A DNA stretch of 32,569 nucleotides, taken from contig JAUQVK010000026.1 of NCBI GenBank assembly GCA_039794845.1, forward strand, positions 1 through 32,569, read 5' to 3'. Source of the DNA: Thermostichus sp. DRC_bins_24. Its GTDB lineage: Bacteria > Cyanobacteriota > Cyanobacteriia > Thermostichales > Thermostichaceae. Made by a program: the position numbers and the translations under genes. The notes under the pieces are model-generated. The model did not search any database. It saw only the letters and a program-made list of their open reading frames with translations, and was not told the DNA's origin. Of the stretch, positions 1 through 9,932 are shown piece after piece (position 1 is the stretch's first letter; every line of letters begins with the position of its first letter).

Positions 1-30
1 GCCAAACTGGAGCGGAGACTGAAACCATGA
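1..30 (+). CDS. 3' end of an unidentified upstream gene (partial)
   Basis: Frame 1 reads AKLERRLKP-TGA. The stop overlaps the next ATG (ATGA at 27-30), typical of translational coupling. Confidence 0.4.
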   Translation, partial: AKLERRLKP

Positions 31-272
31 CCACTAAGACTCGCTACACACTGAGCCATTTACAGCGACACTTGCGGGAGTATCGTCCTCAATTAGAACG
101 GGCATTAAAGGCTATTCAAGTCTTAGAGCAGGCAGATCCTGAGTCAGAAGCTTTCAGCGATGCCCTGGCAGAGCTACATGTTTGTGGCACGATTTTAGAG
201 CCGTATTCCGAGGGGATGGTGGCAGCCATTGATGCGTACACCGAAGATAGTGAAGTGCAGAAAAACACCTAA
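27..272 (+). CDS. Hypothetical 81-aa helical protein
   Basis: ORF with protein-like composition, a GGAG upstream and an ATGA overlap. No family recognised. Confidence 0.6.
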   Translation: MTTKTRYTLSHLQRHLREYRPQLERALKAIQVLEQADPESEAFSDALAELHVCGTILEPYSEGMVAAIDAYTEDSEVQKNT

Positions 273-307
273 AGACTCCAGCGAGTTTGAGATGTACGGA
301 GATAGCG

Positions 308-525
308 ATGATGCAGAAGATTATTGAGCCGCCAGATGAGATGAGATGTCGGCTTTGTTGCAAGCAGTGGCAGCGGAACGTCAGCAGCCGGAATCTGTCG
401 TTATCCAAGAGGCTATTGAAGACTATCTTCACAAGTATCGCCCCCGGTCAGTAGGTCTGGGATCCAGTGGCCGAGGGGATCTGCTGTCAGAACGGGTTGA
501 TGAGCTGCTGTGGTCAGAGTCGTGA
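308..525 (+). pseudogene. CopG/RHH-type VapB-like antitoxin, frameshifted near its N-terminus
   Basis: Frame 346-525 reads MSALLQAVAAERQQPESVVIQEAIEDYLHKYRPRSVGLGSSGRGDLLSERVDELLW. Removing one 5-bp GATGA duplication (335-348 region) joins it to MMQKIIEPPDE from 308. The stop overlaps the GTG of the PIN gene (GTGA 522-525). Confidence 0.6.
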
Positions 526-737
526 TTTTGGCCGATACCAGGGGGATTGTGGCTTTGTTGGATAGAGATGACCGCCACCACTTGGCCGTTAGCGATAGTG
601 TCAAAACTACTCGCATTGGGATCCCAGTTACGATTTTGCCAGAAGTGGATTATATGGTGACGAAGTACTTGGGCGAAGCTGTGGCACGAGCTTTTGTGTA
701 AGATTTGCTCCAAGGGGCATTTTCCCTACAGGATCCC
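522..737 (+). pseudogene. PIN-domain VapC-like toxin, truncated
   Basis: ILADTRGIVALLDRDDRHH...ILPEVDY is a PIN N-terminus. Premature TAA at 699-701, after which the frame briefly continues (DLLQGAF). The C-terminal half is missing. Confidence 0.7.
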
Positions 738-804
738 ATTTGTCACGAGCGAGCTGGAGTCAGTAGCTCTAGTGAGTCCGTCGGCTCCAATGACGTGGAA
801 TTCC

Positions 805-1470
805 TCACGACAGCTTGGATGGCACCCCGATGTGAGTCAGTGCCAACGCCAAAGACGTAGCCGCCACAATCGGATCCACCACCGGGATCCCCAAACGGCC
901 CGAAAGGGTTTGGGCCAATCCTGTCATGCCCGCACAGCCCAGCACCAAGACATTTGGGCGTAGATTGTGCAAGGTTTGGATGGCCACTTGTTCCAATTTC
1001 TCGGTGGATCCCTGGGGATCCCGTTCAAACTCCAGTACCCCGATGCCGCTGGCCAGCACCCCAACACAGCGACTCCCCAGACCCCATTTTTGGATATTGT
1101 CCTCCAGCACCGGTACCGAAATCAGACGGGTGGTGACCACGGCAAAGCGACGACCCAAAAGGCTAGCCGCATGAAAACTGGCCTGACCGATGCCGATCAC
1201 CGGAACGGAGCAAACTTCCTGAGCGGCCTCTAGAGCAGTGTCATCGAAGCAGCCGATGATCGCTGCGTCATATTGTTCTTCGGCGAGAATATGCAGTACC
1301 CCTGGCCCCGCCAGTACCCCATCCCGGGATCCCTCAATGGCGGCTGGCCCCGTCCGGTTGGTGCGCAGGAGAATCTCTGCTTGCTCCCCGACCACAGCCC
1401 GGGCAGTGCGCCCCATCCGCTCGGTCATGGCAACGGTGCTGTTCGGATTGAGGAGTAACAAGTGGAGCAT
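805..1470 (-). CDS. Asp/Glu/hydantoin racemase family protein (allantoin/hydantoin racemase-like)
   Basis: N-terminal LNPNS..MT, GP.AIEG, and the two catalytic Cys motifs IIGCFDD and VLGCAGM. Confidence 0.88.
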   Translation of the reverse strand: MLHLLLLNPNSTVAMTERMGRTARAVVGEQAEILLRTNRTGPAAIEGSRDGVLAGPGVLHILAEEQYDAAIIGCFDDTALEAAQEVCSVPVIGIGQASFHAASLLGRRFAVVTTRLISVPVLEDNIQKWGLGSRCVGVLASGIGVLEFERDPQGSTEKLEQVAIQTLHNLRPNVLVLGCAGMTGLAQTLSGRLGIPVVDPIVAATSLALALTHIGVPSKLS

Positions 1471-1474
1471 GATT

Positions 1475-1620
1475 TGAGGGGTTCAATGTTCAACATGCGG
1501 CCCCACGGCCCTAGCCCCAGCCTAACGTCCTTTCACAACTTGGGAAGGAAGAACCGTAGCCTCCGTGCCCGGCCCTGCAGGTGAAATTCGACACACGGCT
1601 AACCGCCGCCGAGAGTTTGG
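1475..1620 (-). ncRNA. Structured RNA, candidate 6S RNA (SsrS/SsaA)
   Basis: GC-rich intergenic segment folding into a long interrupted rod (cacgg/ccgtg, ggcc/ggcc, ttca/tgaa, apical tcctt/aagga). The minus strand has TTCACCTG...CCGGGCACGGAGG and a 3' TTGAACC, resembling cyanobacterial 6S RNA as I recall it. Boundaries and strand are approximate. Confidence 0.5.
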
Positions 1621-1668
1621 AGTTGCGGAGCAAAAGCTTAGCTTTCCGATATTCTCCCTCCTGTGTCG

Positions 1669-3603
1669 CTAAGCTTGGCCGGTGCCGTTCTTGCCGTCCG
1701 GGGAATGGGCGGCCTCTGCAAGAGCCGCTTGGATGGAATCGGCATCCGGTAGGGCGTGGGATCCACCATTTTTGCTGGGGGGAACGAATCCTTCCAGGCT
1801 GCGGATATAAACATCTTGCTGAGGGAAGGGGATGCGGATCCCACGCCGCCGAAACTCCGCCTCGATCAAAAAGTTCAACTCGCTAATGAGGACAAATTGA
1901 TCTTGGGGGCGGTTGATCCACACCAACAGCTCGAAATTAAGGGCAGATGGGCCAAAGGACTTGAGCCATACCTGGGGGGCCGGGCTACTGAGCACCCGCG
2001 AATTTTCTTTGGCCACGCTGAGCAGGGCTTCCGTGACCAGGGCGGTATCCGAGCCGTAGGCCACGCCCACAGGGATGTGAATACGGCAACGGGGATCCCG
2101 GTAGCTCCAGTTCACCACCTTCGACTCGGTAAAGCGGGAGTTAGGCACCACCACAAAAATGCGATCGAGGGTACGCAGTACCGTCGCCCTTGGACCAATG
2201 CGCTCCACGGTACCCAACAGGTCATCCACTTGCACCAGATCCCCAATTTGAATTGGGCGCTCCAGCAGGATGGCCACATAGCTGATGTAGTTGTTGGAAA
2301 GGTTCTGTAAGCCAAAGCCAATGCCCAAACCCACGGCCCCGGCGATGACCGTGAGGGAGCTGAGGTTAAGGCCACTGAAGGGCAAAACCAGCAGGATCCC
2401 GAGCAGGGTCAGGAGGTATTTGAAAATGGCGGCTGAGGACTCCTGGGTGCCCAGATCCAGCCCCAGGCGGCTGAGAAACCGCTGCTTAAGGCCAACGCTG
2501 AGGTAATGGGCGCCCGTGAAGACCAGGATCGAGAGGGCAATGAATACCAGCAAACTGGCGATGGAAAGACTGGAATTGGGCAGCGGCTGGGTCAAAACTC
2601 CGAGGGCGGTGCCAATCAGCCGGCTCAACCCCAGGTAAAACGAGCGTTGAAAAGGACGCAGGGCAGGCACCAGGCTGATACCCCGATCCAAGGAGATGCC
2701 GACGATTAAAATCGCCCCCACCCCTCGCAACAGCACCCCACCGATATCGATCCAGGTATGCCAAGCTTCTCCCGCCTTGGTTTCCAACAAACTCTGCAAA
2801 CGTCCCAAACTGCGGTTGAACAGCCGCCAAAGGAAAAAGCCCACCACCAGGGTGGCAATCCCTGCCAAGATGGTCAGAACCAGCACGCGCGGATCTTGAG
2901 CCCGTTGCAAAGCCAGCAGATCTTCGCGGTAATCGACGATGGCTTGTTCCAGTCGCCGTGCCCAGCTGTTGGCCACCAGACGCACTTCATTCAGGCCCAC
3001 CTGACCCAAAGCAGCCCGTCGCTCTGCAGCTGCATCGGCGTAGGTGACGGTGAACAGATACCGTTGGGTGCGTTCAAAGCGGCCCCTTTCCCCCAGGCGC
3101 AAAATATATTGCCCGTTCGGGTCTTGGGCCACCCGTACTTCCGGCTCCGGCAACTGACCCTCTTCCAAAAAGCGTTCAATCACCGCGCGAACGTTATCAG
3201 CCCGCACATCACTGGGGTACTCTGCCGTCTGCAAGCGAAACACGGGGATGTTCCCCACCAATAGCTCTGTGCCCTCTTGTCCGGTAAACGGGATCCCGGT
3301 TGGGCTAGGGCTGGGAGGCGGGGAAGGGGATCCCTCGGGGGTGGGTGCTTCAGCCGGCGTGGGGCTGGGGTTGGTGAGGAAGAAGTTGGGATCCCGGAAA
3401 TCCAGGGCCTGGGCCAAGGGGATCCCGGCAGGCGGAAGAGGGCTGGCATGGGACGGCAAGAGCCAAAAACACAGCGCAAGTCCGACCACAAGCGCTAAGA
3501 GGGTGGGCCGGGTTTTGGCCCACAAGGTTTGTCTGACGCGAACGCCCGTCATGGCTAGGATCCCTGGGATGCTACCCTGCAAGCTCATGGTGGCATACTC
3601 CAC
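1669..3603 (-). CDS. Large mechanosensitive channel, MscS family, with N-terminal signal/periplasmic extension
   Basis: GAVGLGIGFGLQN, ERPIQIGD, VVPNSRF, VVNWS, IPVGVAYGSD and IPFPQQDV motifs. N-terminal hydrophobic segment followed by a Pro-rich linker. The true start may be a downstream Met. Confidence 0.92.
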   Translation of the reverse strand: MEYATMSLQGSIPGILAMTGVRVRQTLWAKTRPTLLALVVGLALCFWLLPSHASPLPPAGIPLAQALDFRDPNFFLTNPSPTPAEAPTPEGSPSPPPSPSPTGIPFTGQEGTELLVGNIPVFRLQTAEYPSDVRADNVRAVIERFLEEGQLPEPEVRVAQDPNGQYILRLGERGRFERTQRYLFTVTYADAAAERRAALGQVGLNEVRLVANSWARRLEQAIVDYREDLLALQRAQDPRVLVLTILAGIATLVVGFFLWRLFNRSLGRLQSLLETKAGEAWHTWIDIGGVLLRGVGAILIVGISLDRGISLVPALRPFQRSFYLGLSRLIGTALGVLTQPLPNSSLSIASLLVFIALSILVFTGAHYLSVGLKQRFLSRLGLDLGTQESSAAIFKYLLTLLGILLVLPFSGLNLSSLTVIAGAVGLGIGFGLQNLSNNYISYVAILLERPIQIGDLVQVDDLLGTVERIGPRATVLRTLDRIFVVVPNSRFTESKVVNWSYRDPRCRIHIPVGVAYGSDTALVTEALLSVAKENSRVLSSPAPQVWLKSFGPSALNFELLVWINRPQDQFVLISELNFLIEAEFRRRGIRIPFPQQDVYIRSLEGFVPPSKNGGSHALPDADSIQAALAEAAHSPDGKNGTGQA

Positions 3604-3667
3604 CCCGTCATTTGGGCTAGATTGGGTGGTGCACGGAAGTCTGATCGAAGTGCTAGTTCACGTGCAT

Positions 3668-5755
3668 TCAAGTGCCCTGATGGTTACCCAAAAGCCTTTG
3701 CCGCAGTTTTTTGATCTTGTCTCGCAGCTCGGCAGCTTCTTCAAACTCCAGGTTTTTGGCTGCTGTTTTCATTTTTAGTTCCAGTTGGCTGATCAATTCT
3801 GGGATTTCCGAAAGGGGGATCTCTTCGGAGGCTTGAAAAGCTCTTTCCAGATCTTGATCGTTGAGTTTACGAGAAATAGCCAAAAAAGAAAGGATGGCGT
3901 TGCTAGATTTTTTGACGATAGGCTTGGGGGTAATGTTGTTTTGTCGGTTATATTCCAACTGAATTTGCCGTCGCCGTTCCGTTTCAGCAATCGCTCGGGC
4001 CATGCTTCCGGTCATGTTATCGGCATACATCACCACCGTTCCCCGGACATTGCGGGCGGCCCGCCCGATCATCTGGATCAGGGATCGTTCTGCTCGCAAA
4101 AAGCCCTCTTTATCTGCATCCAAAATTGCCACCAAAGACACTTCCGGTAGATCCAAACCCTCCCGCAGTAGGTTTACCCCCACCAACACATCAAAGGCTC
4201 CCTCCCGAAAGTCTTGTAGGATTTCAATCCGCTCAATCGAGGTGATCTCAGAATGCAAATAACGGACGCGGATCCCACGCTCTTGTAGATATTCCGTCAG
4301 ATCTTCCGCCATGCGCTTGGTCAGGGTGGTCACGATCACCCGCTCCGCTAGGCCTTTTTGGGAGCGTTCTAGGCGTTCGTAAATTTCCCCCATCAAATCA
4401 TCCACCTGGCCGGCGGTGGGGCGCACATGCACTTCCGGGTCCACCACGCCCGTAGGCCGAATCACCTGTTCGACCACTCGTCCACTCCCCGGTAGATAAA
4501 GAGTGAGTTCTTTGCCATTTTCGACGAGGGTTTCAAACTGAGCCCCAGATTGTTCCAACTCCCAGTTGCCGGGTGTGGCGGAAACAAACACACATTGGTG
4601 TACTTTTGCCCAAAATTCTTCTGCTTTGAGGGGGCGATTATCAAGGGCACTGGGCAGACGAAAGCCATGATCTACCAACACCTGCTTTCGGGCGCGGTCA
4701 CCGTTGTACATACCGCGAATTTGGGGCACAGTTACGTGGGATTCATCGAGCACCAGCAGCCAATCATTGGCCTTGAAATAATCCACCAAGCAAGAGGGAG
4801 GCTCCCCTTCCTTTCGGCCTGTCAAGTGTCTGGAGTAGTTTTCTACCCCGTTGCAATAGCCCACTTCCCGCAGCATTTCTAAGTCGTAGCGGGTGCGCTG
4901 TTCTAAACGTTGGGCTTCTAAGAGTTTGCCTTCTTTTTGAAACCGAGCCAGTTGATCTTCCAGTTCTTGCTCAATGTTGATCAGGGCTTGCTCTAGCTGT
5001 TCTTCCGGGGTGACAAAGTGGCGGGCGGGGTAAACCCTGAGGGCGCTAAGGCTATTCAAAATTTCCCCGGTCACCGGATCAATCAAGCGAATGGCATCGA
5101 TCTCATCCCCAAAAAATTCGATGCGAATCACGCGATCTTCGTAAGCCGGGACAATCTCGAGCACATCTCCCTTAAGGCGGAAGCGCCCCCGAATCAGATC
5201 CAAATCATTGCGCTCGTACTGGATACCGGCCAGATCCCGCAACAGATCCCGTTGGTTGACTTCCTGCCCCACCTTGAAGGGAATTGAAGCCTTGAGATAT
5301 TCCTCCGGCATTCCCAAGCCGTAAATGCAACTGACGGAAGCCACCACAATCACATCTCTTCGCTCAAATAAGGAGCGTGTGGCGGAGTGCCGCAGCATAT
5401 CAATTTCATCGTTAATGGAAGAGGACTTAGCAATATAGGTATCTGTGCTGGGGACGTAGGCTTCGGGTTGGTAGTAGTCATAATAGCTGATGAAATATTC
5501 GACAGCGTTGTGGGGGAAAAGTTCTCGTAATTCATTGCACAGTTGTGCGGCCAGGGTTTTATTGTGGGCCATCACCAAGGTTGGTTTTCCCACCTGTTGA
5601 ATGGTATGGGCTATGGTAAAGGTTTTGCCGGTACCCGTTGCCCCCAAAAGGGTTTGAAAGCGGTGACCTGCAGCGATGGACTCGACCAAACCAGCAATGG
5701 CTTTGGGCTGATCGCCAGTGGGCTGATAGGGAGAAACCAGTTGAAATTCTGACAT
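3668..5755 (-). CDS. uvrB: Excinuclease ABC subunit B
   Basis: [49 protein letters not shown] and a C-terminal UVR domain (FEEAAELRD). Confidence 0.98.
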   Translation of the reverse strand: MSEFQLVSPYQPTGDQPKAIAGLVESIAAGHRFQTLLGATGTGKTFTIAHTIQQVGKPTLVMAHNKTLAAQLCNELRELFPHNAVEYFISYYDYYQPEAYVPSTDTYIAKSSSINDEIDMLRHSATRSLFERRDVIVVASVSCIYGLGMPEEYLKASIPFKVGQEVNQRDLLRDLAGIQYERNDLDLIRGRFRLKGDVLEIVPAYEDRVIRIEFFGDEIDAIRLIDPVTGEILNSLSALRVYPARHFVTPEEQLEQALINIEQELEDQLARFQKEGKLLEAQRLEQRTRYDLEMLREVGYCNGVENYSRHLTGRKEGEPPSCLVDYFKANDWLLVLDESHVTVPQIRGMYNGDRARKQVLVDHGFRLPSALDNRPLKAEEFWAKVHQCVFVSATPGNWELEQSGAQFETLVENGKELTLYLPGSGRVVEQVIRPTGVVDPEVHVRPTAGQVDDLMGEIYERLERSQKGLAERVIVTTLTKRMAEDLTEYLQERGIRVRYLHSEITSIERIEILQDFREGAFDVLVGVNLLREGLDLPEVSLVAILDADKEGFLRAERSLIQMIGRAARNVRGTVVMYADNMTGSMARAIAETERRRQIQLEYNRQNNITPKPIVKKSSNAILSFLAISRKLNDQDLERAFQASEEIPLSEIPELISQLELKMKTAAKNLEFEEAAELRDKIKKLRQRLLGNHQGT

Positions 5756-5802
5756 GGCGAGTTGGGGATCCCAGAGCGAAGGTTCAAAGGAGAAGGGTGA
5801 AC

Positions 5803-6438
5803 TTAGTGAATACTCTTTTCTAGATCTGTGGATTGCAAGGATGCTATGCAGATAGACAAAATTTGATCCGCTTCATCGGGGTAGGGGTAGGTGCGGGGAT
5901 CCAAGTAAATGCCTTGGGTGGATCGATCCAACAAGGCAAATTGCCACAGTTCCCCGGAAGTGATGGCTCCAACAAGAACATTTTGATCGCGGCTAAGCCA
6001 CTGATCGAGGGCGATCATCTCTACAGACAGTTGTGTTAATCCTTGGGTAAGATCTGCTTTTTTAGCCTCGACAATCAGCAAAGATTGGTCTGTGTAAAGG
6101 TAATAATCTAAAGTGCCTTTTAGTTTGTCGTTGACTTGGATGGCATACTCAATCCGCATTTGGGCTTGTGTATGTTGCACCACCTTGAATAGGAGGGGGG
6201 CGATGAGGATTTCTCGGCGAGCTGTTTCACTTTTCAAGCTAACGTAGGGCAGCAGTTGCTCCACATTGGTTTTTAGATCTTGGCTGTCTGGGATCCGTTC
6301 CGCCTTCGGCCAATCTATTTTTCGTCGCTGAAAGGTGTAGCCAAACTCTGGTAAAACATCTTCTGGCTCGAAGGGAAGTTCAAAGTAGCTACTGAAGGTA
6401 TAAGCCTGATCCGGCTTCAGCAAAGGAACTCTCGGCAT
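5803..6438 (-). CDS. Conserved cyanobacterial hypothetical protein, PD-(D/E)XK nuclease-like fold
   Basis: [15 protein letters not shown]...IVEAKK (D...ExK) and [11 protein letters not shown]. Start placed at MPRVPLL (6438); the ORF track starts at 6459. Confidence 0.7.
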   Translation of the reverse strand: MPRVPLLKPDQAYTFSSYFELPFEPEDVLPEFGYTFQRRKIDWPKAERIPDSQDLKTNVEQLLPYVSLKSETARREILIAPLLFKVVQHTQAQMRIEYAIQVNDKLKGTLDYYLYTDQSLLIVEAKKADLTQGLTQLSVEMIALDQWLSRDQNVLVGAITSGELWQFALLDRSTQGIYLDPRTYPYPDEADQILSICIASLQSTDLEKSIH

Positions 6439-6491
6439 AGGGATCCAGGCAAACCCCATCTCTCAACTGGGCTTACTCTAGCATCGGGCCT

Positions 6492-6737
6492 ATGAAGTGG
6501 TGCTGGGTGAGTGGGTTTGGATCCCCCAGGGGATCCCGTTACGCTGGAGGCATGTTCACCTCCCCAAGCGATGCAGGTACAAGGCCAGACCCTTTCCCTG
6601 TCCACCGCCATAAGTTATGCTATTTCGGCCCGGAGGGCGAGTTGATCTCCACACCCGCTGAAGCAGCCCTACAGGAGCGACAAAAGGCCGAACGGCTAGC
6701 TGCTCATCTGTATTCTTTGCGGGCCGATCCCGATTAA
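6492..6737 (+). pseudogene. Uma2-family endonuclease remnant (C-terminal tail)
   Basis: [33 protein letters not shown]...DPD matches the typical C-terminal tail of cyanobacterial Uma2 proteins. The catalytic core is absent. Confidence 0.6.
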
Positions 6738-6745
6738 CTCTTGTC

Positions 6746-7681
6746 ATGAGTCGAAAGCAACCCCTTTGGGATCCGGGATCCCTGACGGAAAGCCCGAATC
6801 CTGCCACTGCCGAGCTAGATGACCTCAGCACGCTGGAGTTGGTTCTGCGGATCAATGCTGAAGATCACCGCGTACCGGAAGCGGTTGCTCACCAAGCCGA
6901 GCGGATTGCCGCAGCCATTGATGCCATTGCCGAACGGATGCAACGGGGAGGACGTCTGATCTACCTCGGAGCCGGAACTTCGGGCCGTTTGGGGGTTTTG
7001 GATGCGGCTGAGTGTCCTCCCACCTTTGGTACCGCTCCCGGACAGGTGCTGGGTTTGATCGCAGGGGGGGAAAAAGCCCTGACTCAGGCGGTGGAAGGCG
7101 CAGAGGATGATGGGGTGGCTGGCGGAGTTGCCCTAAAACAGGTGCAGCTTCAGCCTCAAGATAGTGTGGTGGGTATTGCCGCCAGTGGCCGCACCCCCTT
7201 CGTGTTGGGTGGGATCCAGATGGCCAGAGCGGTCGGTGCCCTCACGATTGGCCTGGCCTGCAATCATCCCTCTCCGTTAACCGAGCAGGTGGAAATTGCC
7301 ATCACGCCTTTGGTGGGGCCGGAGGTGATCCTGGGATCCACACGCCTGAAGGCAGGAACCGCCCAGAAGTTGGTCCTGAACACGATCTCGACGGGTGTGA
7401 TGGTGCGCCTGGGCAAGACCTACGGCAACTTGATGGTGGATCTGCAGGCCAGCAATGCCAAGCTCAAACGGCGGGCCGAACGGATGGTGGCTTTGGCCTG
7501 TGATTTGGAGGCAGCCGCTGCCGCCCAACTGCTACAAGCGTGTGGGGGCGAGGTGAAAACCGCGATCCTCGTCGCCCTCCTGGGGTGTTCCGCCCAAGAG
7601 GCTCGTCAACACCTGCAACAGGCAAACGGCAGGATTCGACAGGTGCTACATTCAGCTTTATCCAATTCCTTGAAGCCATGA
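6746..7681 (+). CDS. murQ: N-acetylmuramic acid 6-phosphate etherase
   Basis: [56 protein letters not shown]. Confidence 0.97.
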   Translation: MSRKQPLWDPGSLTESPNPATAELDDLSTLELVLRINAEDHRVPEAVAHQAERIAAAIDAIAERMQRGGRLIYLGAGTSGRLGVLDAAECPPTFGTAPGQVLGLIAGGEKALTQAVEGAEDDGVAGGVALKQVQLQPQDSVVGIAASGRTPFVLGGIQMARAVGALTIGLACNHPSPLTEQVEIAITPLVGPEVILGSTRLKAGTAQKLVLNTISTGVMVRLGKTYGNLMVDLQASNAKLKRRAERMVALACDLEAAAAAQLLQACGGEVKTAILVALLGCSAQEARQHLQQANGRIRQVLHSALSNSLKP

Positions 7682-7703
7682 TTCATCCTTCGGTTATTGG
7701 TTT

Positions 7704-8993
7704 ATGAGTGTTTGTGGCTACCTCTACACTCCCTCTCATGCGGCTTTAGATAGCCAGGAGTTGGCATGGCTCAAAGCTCAAGGGGCCGATCCGGTTCTGC
7801 AGGATTGGGGATCCCGAGCCTATTTGGAAGACCTGTTTCAGCGCATTACGGCTGGGTCGGTGCAGGAGGTGCTGCTCTTGCGTCTGTCGGATCTGGGGGA
7901 TCGGGTGGATGAAATTCACGAGCGGCTGCTGCAAATTCAACAGGCTGGGATCCGACTCAGCTTGGTCAATGCATCCGGGGTACAAACACCCGCCAACCCT
8001 GAAGCCTGGATCCCACTTCTGGCAGAAATTCCCCATCAGTTGCAAAGCCGTCGCCTCTCTCGCCGCCAGGCCCAGAACCGTCTGGCCGGCAAGCCTCCCC
8101 CCGGCCCCGCTCCCTTTGGGTACCGCCGCGAAGGGGATCGCTATGTGCCGGATCGCAAGCAGGCCAGCATCGTTGAGGCTTTTTTCCAGCACTTTTTGCT
8201 GTACGGATCCCTGCGACAGGCGGTGCGCTTCATCGAGGAAAAACACCACAAACACATTTCGGTTGCCACCGGACGCAACTGGCTGCTCAACCCCGTCTAC
8301 CGAGGTGATTTGGCTTACACCGACGGCACCACCCTGCGAGATACCCACCCGGCCCTGCTCAGCCGCACCGAAGCTGCCCAGATTGATCGCTGGCTCAAAC
8401 GCAACCAAGGGATCCCCCGCCGTAGCGCCAGTGCCCCCCGTTCTTTGGCGGGCTTAGGGCGATGCCGTTCTTGTGGGAGCCCCCTGCGCATTGTGCAAAC
8501 CACCCCCCGTCGGGGCAGCAAGAAAAGCACCCCATCCTATCTGTATCTGCGCTGCCAAACCTGTCGCTACAGCCTTAACTACTCCGAGGTTTTGGAGGAG
8601 GTGATCCGCCAAGTTTGTGAGCAACTGCCCCAACGCGCCCAACAACTGGATGAAGATCCGCTCGCTCAGGCCCGCCAAGGGATCCAAGCGCAAATTCAGG
8701 CCAACACAGGCATCCTCCATCAGCTCGAAGCCCTGGAGGAATCCGGGTTGATGGACGAGCCCTCGCTGGCCCAGCGCCGCTACCAACTGCGAGCCGAAAA
8801 TGCCTTCTTGGCCCAAAAGCTGGAGCAACTGCCCCCCACCAATTTGTCCCAGATCGCCCAAACCCTTTCCATTCAGCCCTTCTGGCAGGATCTCACCGAA
8901 ACCGAACGGCGCGCCTACCTGCGAGAATTTCTGCGCAGCATCGAGGTGGATGCCAACGGCCAGGTACGGGTGGTTTTTGTATTTGATCCCTAG
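7704..8993 (+). CDS. Large serine-recombinase-like protein (degenerate resolvase domain + recombinase + Zn ribbon + coiled coil)
   Basis: RLSDLG, G.PPPG.APFGY, WLLNPVYRG, H.ALLS, CRSC...CQTC and a C-terminal coiled coil. The N-terminus reads GYLYTPS rather than YxRxS. Confidence 0.85.
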   Translation: MSVCGYLYTPSHAALDSQELAWLKAQGADPVLQDWGSRAYLEDLFQRITAGSVQEVLLLRLSDLGDRVDEIHERLLQIQQAGIRLSLVNASGVQTPANPEAWIPLLAEIPHQLQSRRLSRRQAQNRLAGKPPPGPAPFGYRREGDRYVPDRKQASIVEAFFQHFLLYGSLRQAVRFIEEKHHKHISVATGRNWLLNPVYRGDLAYTDGTTLRDTHPALLSRTEAAQIDRWLKRNQGIPRRSASAPRSLAGLGRCRSCGSPLRIVQTTPRRGSKKSTPSYLYLRCQTCRYSLNYSEVLEEVIRQVCEQLPQRAQQLDEDPLAQARQGIQAQIQANTGILHQLEALEESGLMDEPSLAQRRYQLRAENAFLAQKLEQLPPTNLSQIAQTLSIQPFWQDLTETERRAYLREFLRSIEVDANGQVRVVFVFDP

Positions 8994-9042
8994 GGGTAGA
9001 GGGTGCGGCCTTTGAATCCTTCCCAGTTGCGCTGTCGAGCAG

Positions 9043-9202
9043 TACAGCCCTTACGCGGGTCTTCCAGGACAAGGCTTGTGCTTCCTGCTCCCGCTTTCGC
9101 GGGGCCCGGAGGGCTAGCCCTCCAGAGGTTAGAACTCAACTTCCATAGTTGTTACACATGACTAGCGGTCACGCCGGTGTGCCCTGGGCGTAAAGGGCTG
9201 TA
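9043..9202. mobile_element. MITE family A, copy 1 (~160 bp)
   Basis: Terminal inverted repeats TACAGCCCTTACGC ... GCGTAAAGGGCTGTA. Homologous to 27909-28065 and 32140-32275. Confidence 0.85.
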
Positions 9203-9279
9203 TTGGTTTTGTGTAGCAGCTTTGATGCAGATGTGCCCTGAGGCTACACTCAAACCATCTCCCCTAAAAACTGCGGCAG

Positions 9280-9657
9280 ATGTCGGATCTTAATCAAGAG
9301 CTCAAGGATTTAATCCTAGCTTTGGACAAGAAGCTGGATGGTTTCGATCGCAAATTCGAGGCTCAAATTACCGAACTCAAAAACGAAGTTCGATTGGTGA
9401 GAACTGAGCTAGAAGCCAAGATTGACCTCAGCCGGAGTGAGCTAGAAGCCAAGATTGACCTCAGCCGGAGTGAGCTAGAAGCCAAGATTGACCTCGGCCG
9501 GAGTGAACTGGAGGTCAAGATCGCGGAACTCAGTGGCAAAATGGACGGCTATAGCAAACGCTTAGACCAACAAGAGTTTGTCAGTCGGGGGGCCATTCTT
9601 GCCCTAGTTGTCGGAGTCGCCTCAGGATTTATCAAGTACCTCTTTTTCACCGGCTAA
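9280..9657 (+). CDS. Small coiled-coil protein with 11-aa repeats and a C-terminal membrane anchor (CCDC90/DUF1640-like)
   Basis: Three copies of ELEAKIDL(S/G)RS and a hydrophobic C-terminus (GAILALVVGVASGFIKYLFF). Confidence 0.8.
   Translation: MSDLNQELKDLILALDKKLDGFDRKFEAQITELKNEVRLVRTELEAKIDLSRSELEAKIDLSRSELEAKIDLGRSELEVKIAELSGKMDGYSKRLDQQEFVSRGAILALVVGVASGFIKYLFFTG
9406..9504 (+). repeat. 33-bp tandem repeat x3 (in-frame)
   Basis: GAGCTAGAAGCCAAGATTGACCTCAGCCGGAGT at 9406, 9439 and 9472, with one A>G change in copy 3. Confidence 0.95.
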
Positions 9658-9911
9658 TCCGGAAGCTGGATAGCTTCGCTACAGCCCTCTGTCATGTACG
9701 CCTTGAGGATACTCCTAAGGCATCCCGAACAGAAGAGAGGTTTTCCGCCTTTTGGCCCAACTGAGATAATTCTTGATAATGCCCTCTCCATCGGTTTGAT
9801 GGTGGGGATCTCCAGGGTGTCCCGTGGGCTGTCTGCCTCAACAACGCGGTCTGGATCCCTTTTCCGTCAAGGAAAGCTTCGAGAAAATTTAGTTTTCTTT
9901 TGATCAGAGTA

Positions 9912-9932
9912 TTTATAAATATAATTTATAAA
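9912..9932. promoter_or_regulatory. Perfect AT-rich inverted repeat upstream of chlL (candidate operator)
   Basis: TTTATAAAT-ATA-ATTTATAAA, about 180 bp upstream of the chlL GTG. Confidence 0.4.

Noticed and set aside
1530..1560. SRP RNA suggested by GGAAGGAAG
   Set aside because: The conserved CAGG-CCGGAAGG-AGCAG helix 8 context is absent.
9406..9504. 33-bp repeats as a CRISPR array
   Set aside because: The repeats are contiguous with no spacers and are in-frame within a protein; no cas genes in the window.
9680..9690. TACAGCCCTCT resembling a MITE A terminus
   Set aside because: Only about 9 bp match, with no internal homology or partner TIR.
9694..9903. 69-aa ORF upstream of chlL, and ORFs at 25631-25924 and 26358-26759
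   Set aside because: No recognisable motifs or RBS. They overlap promoter or repeat DNA or real genes.
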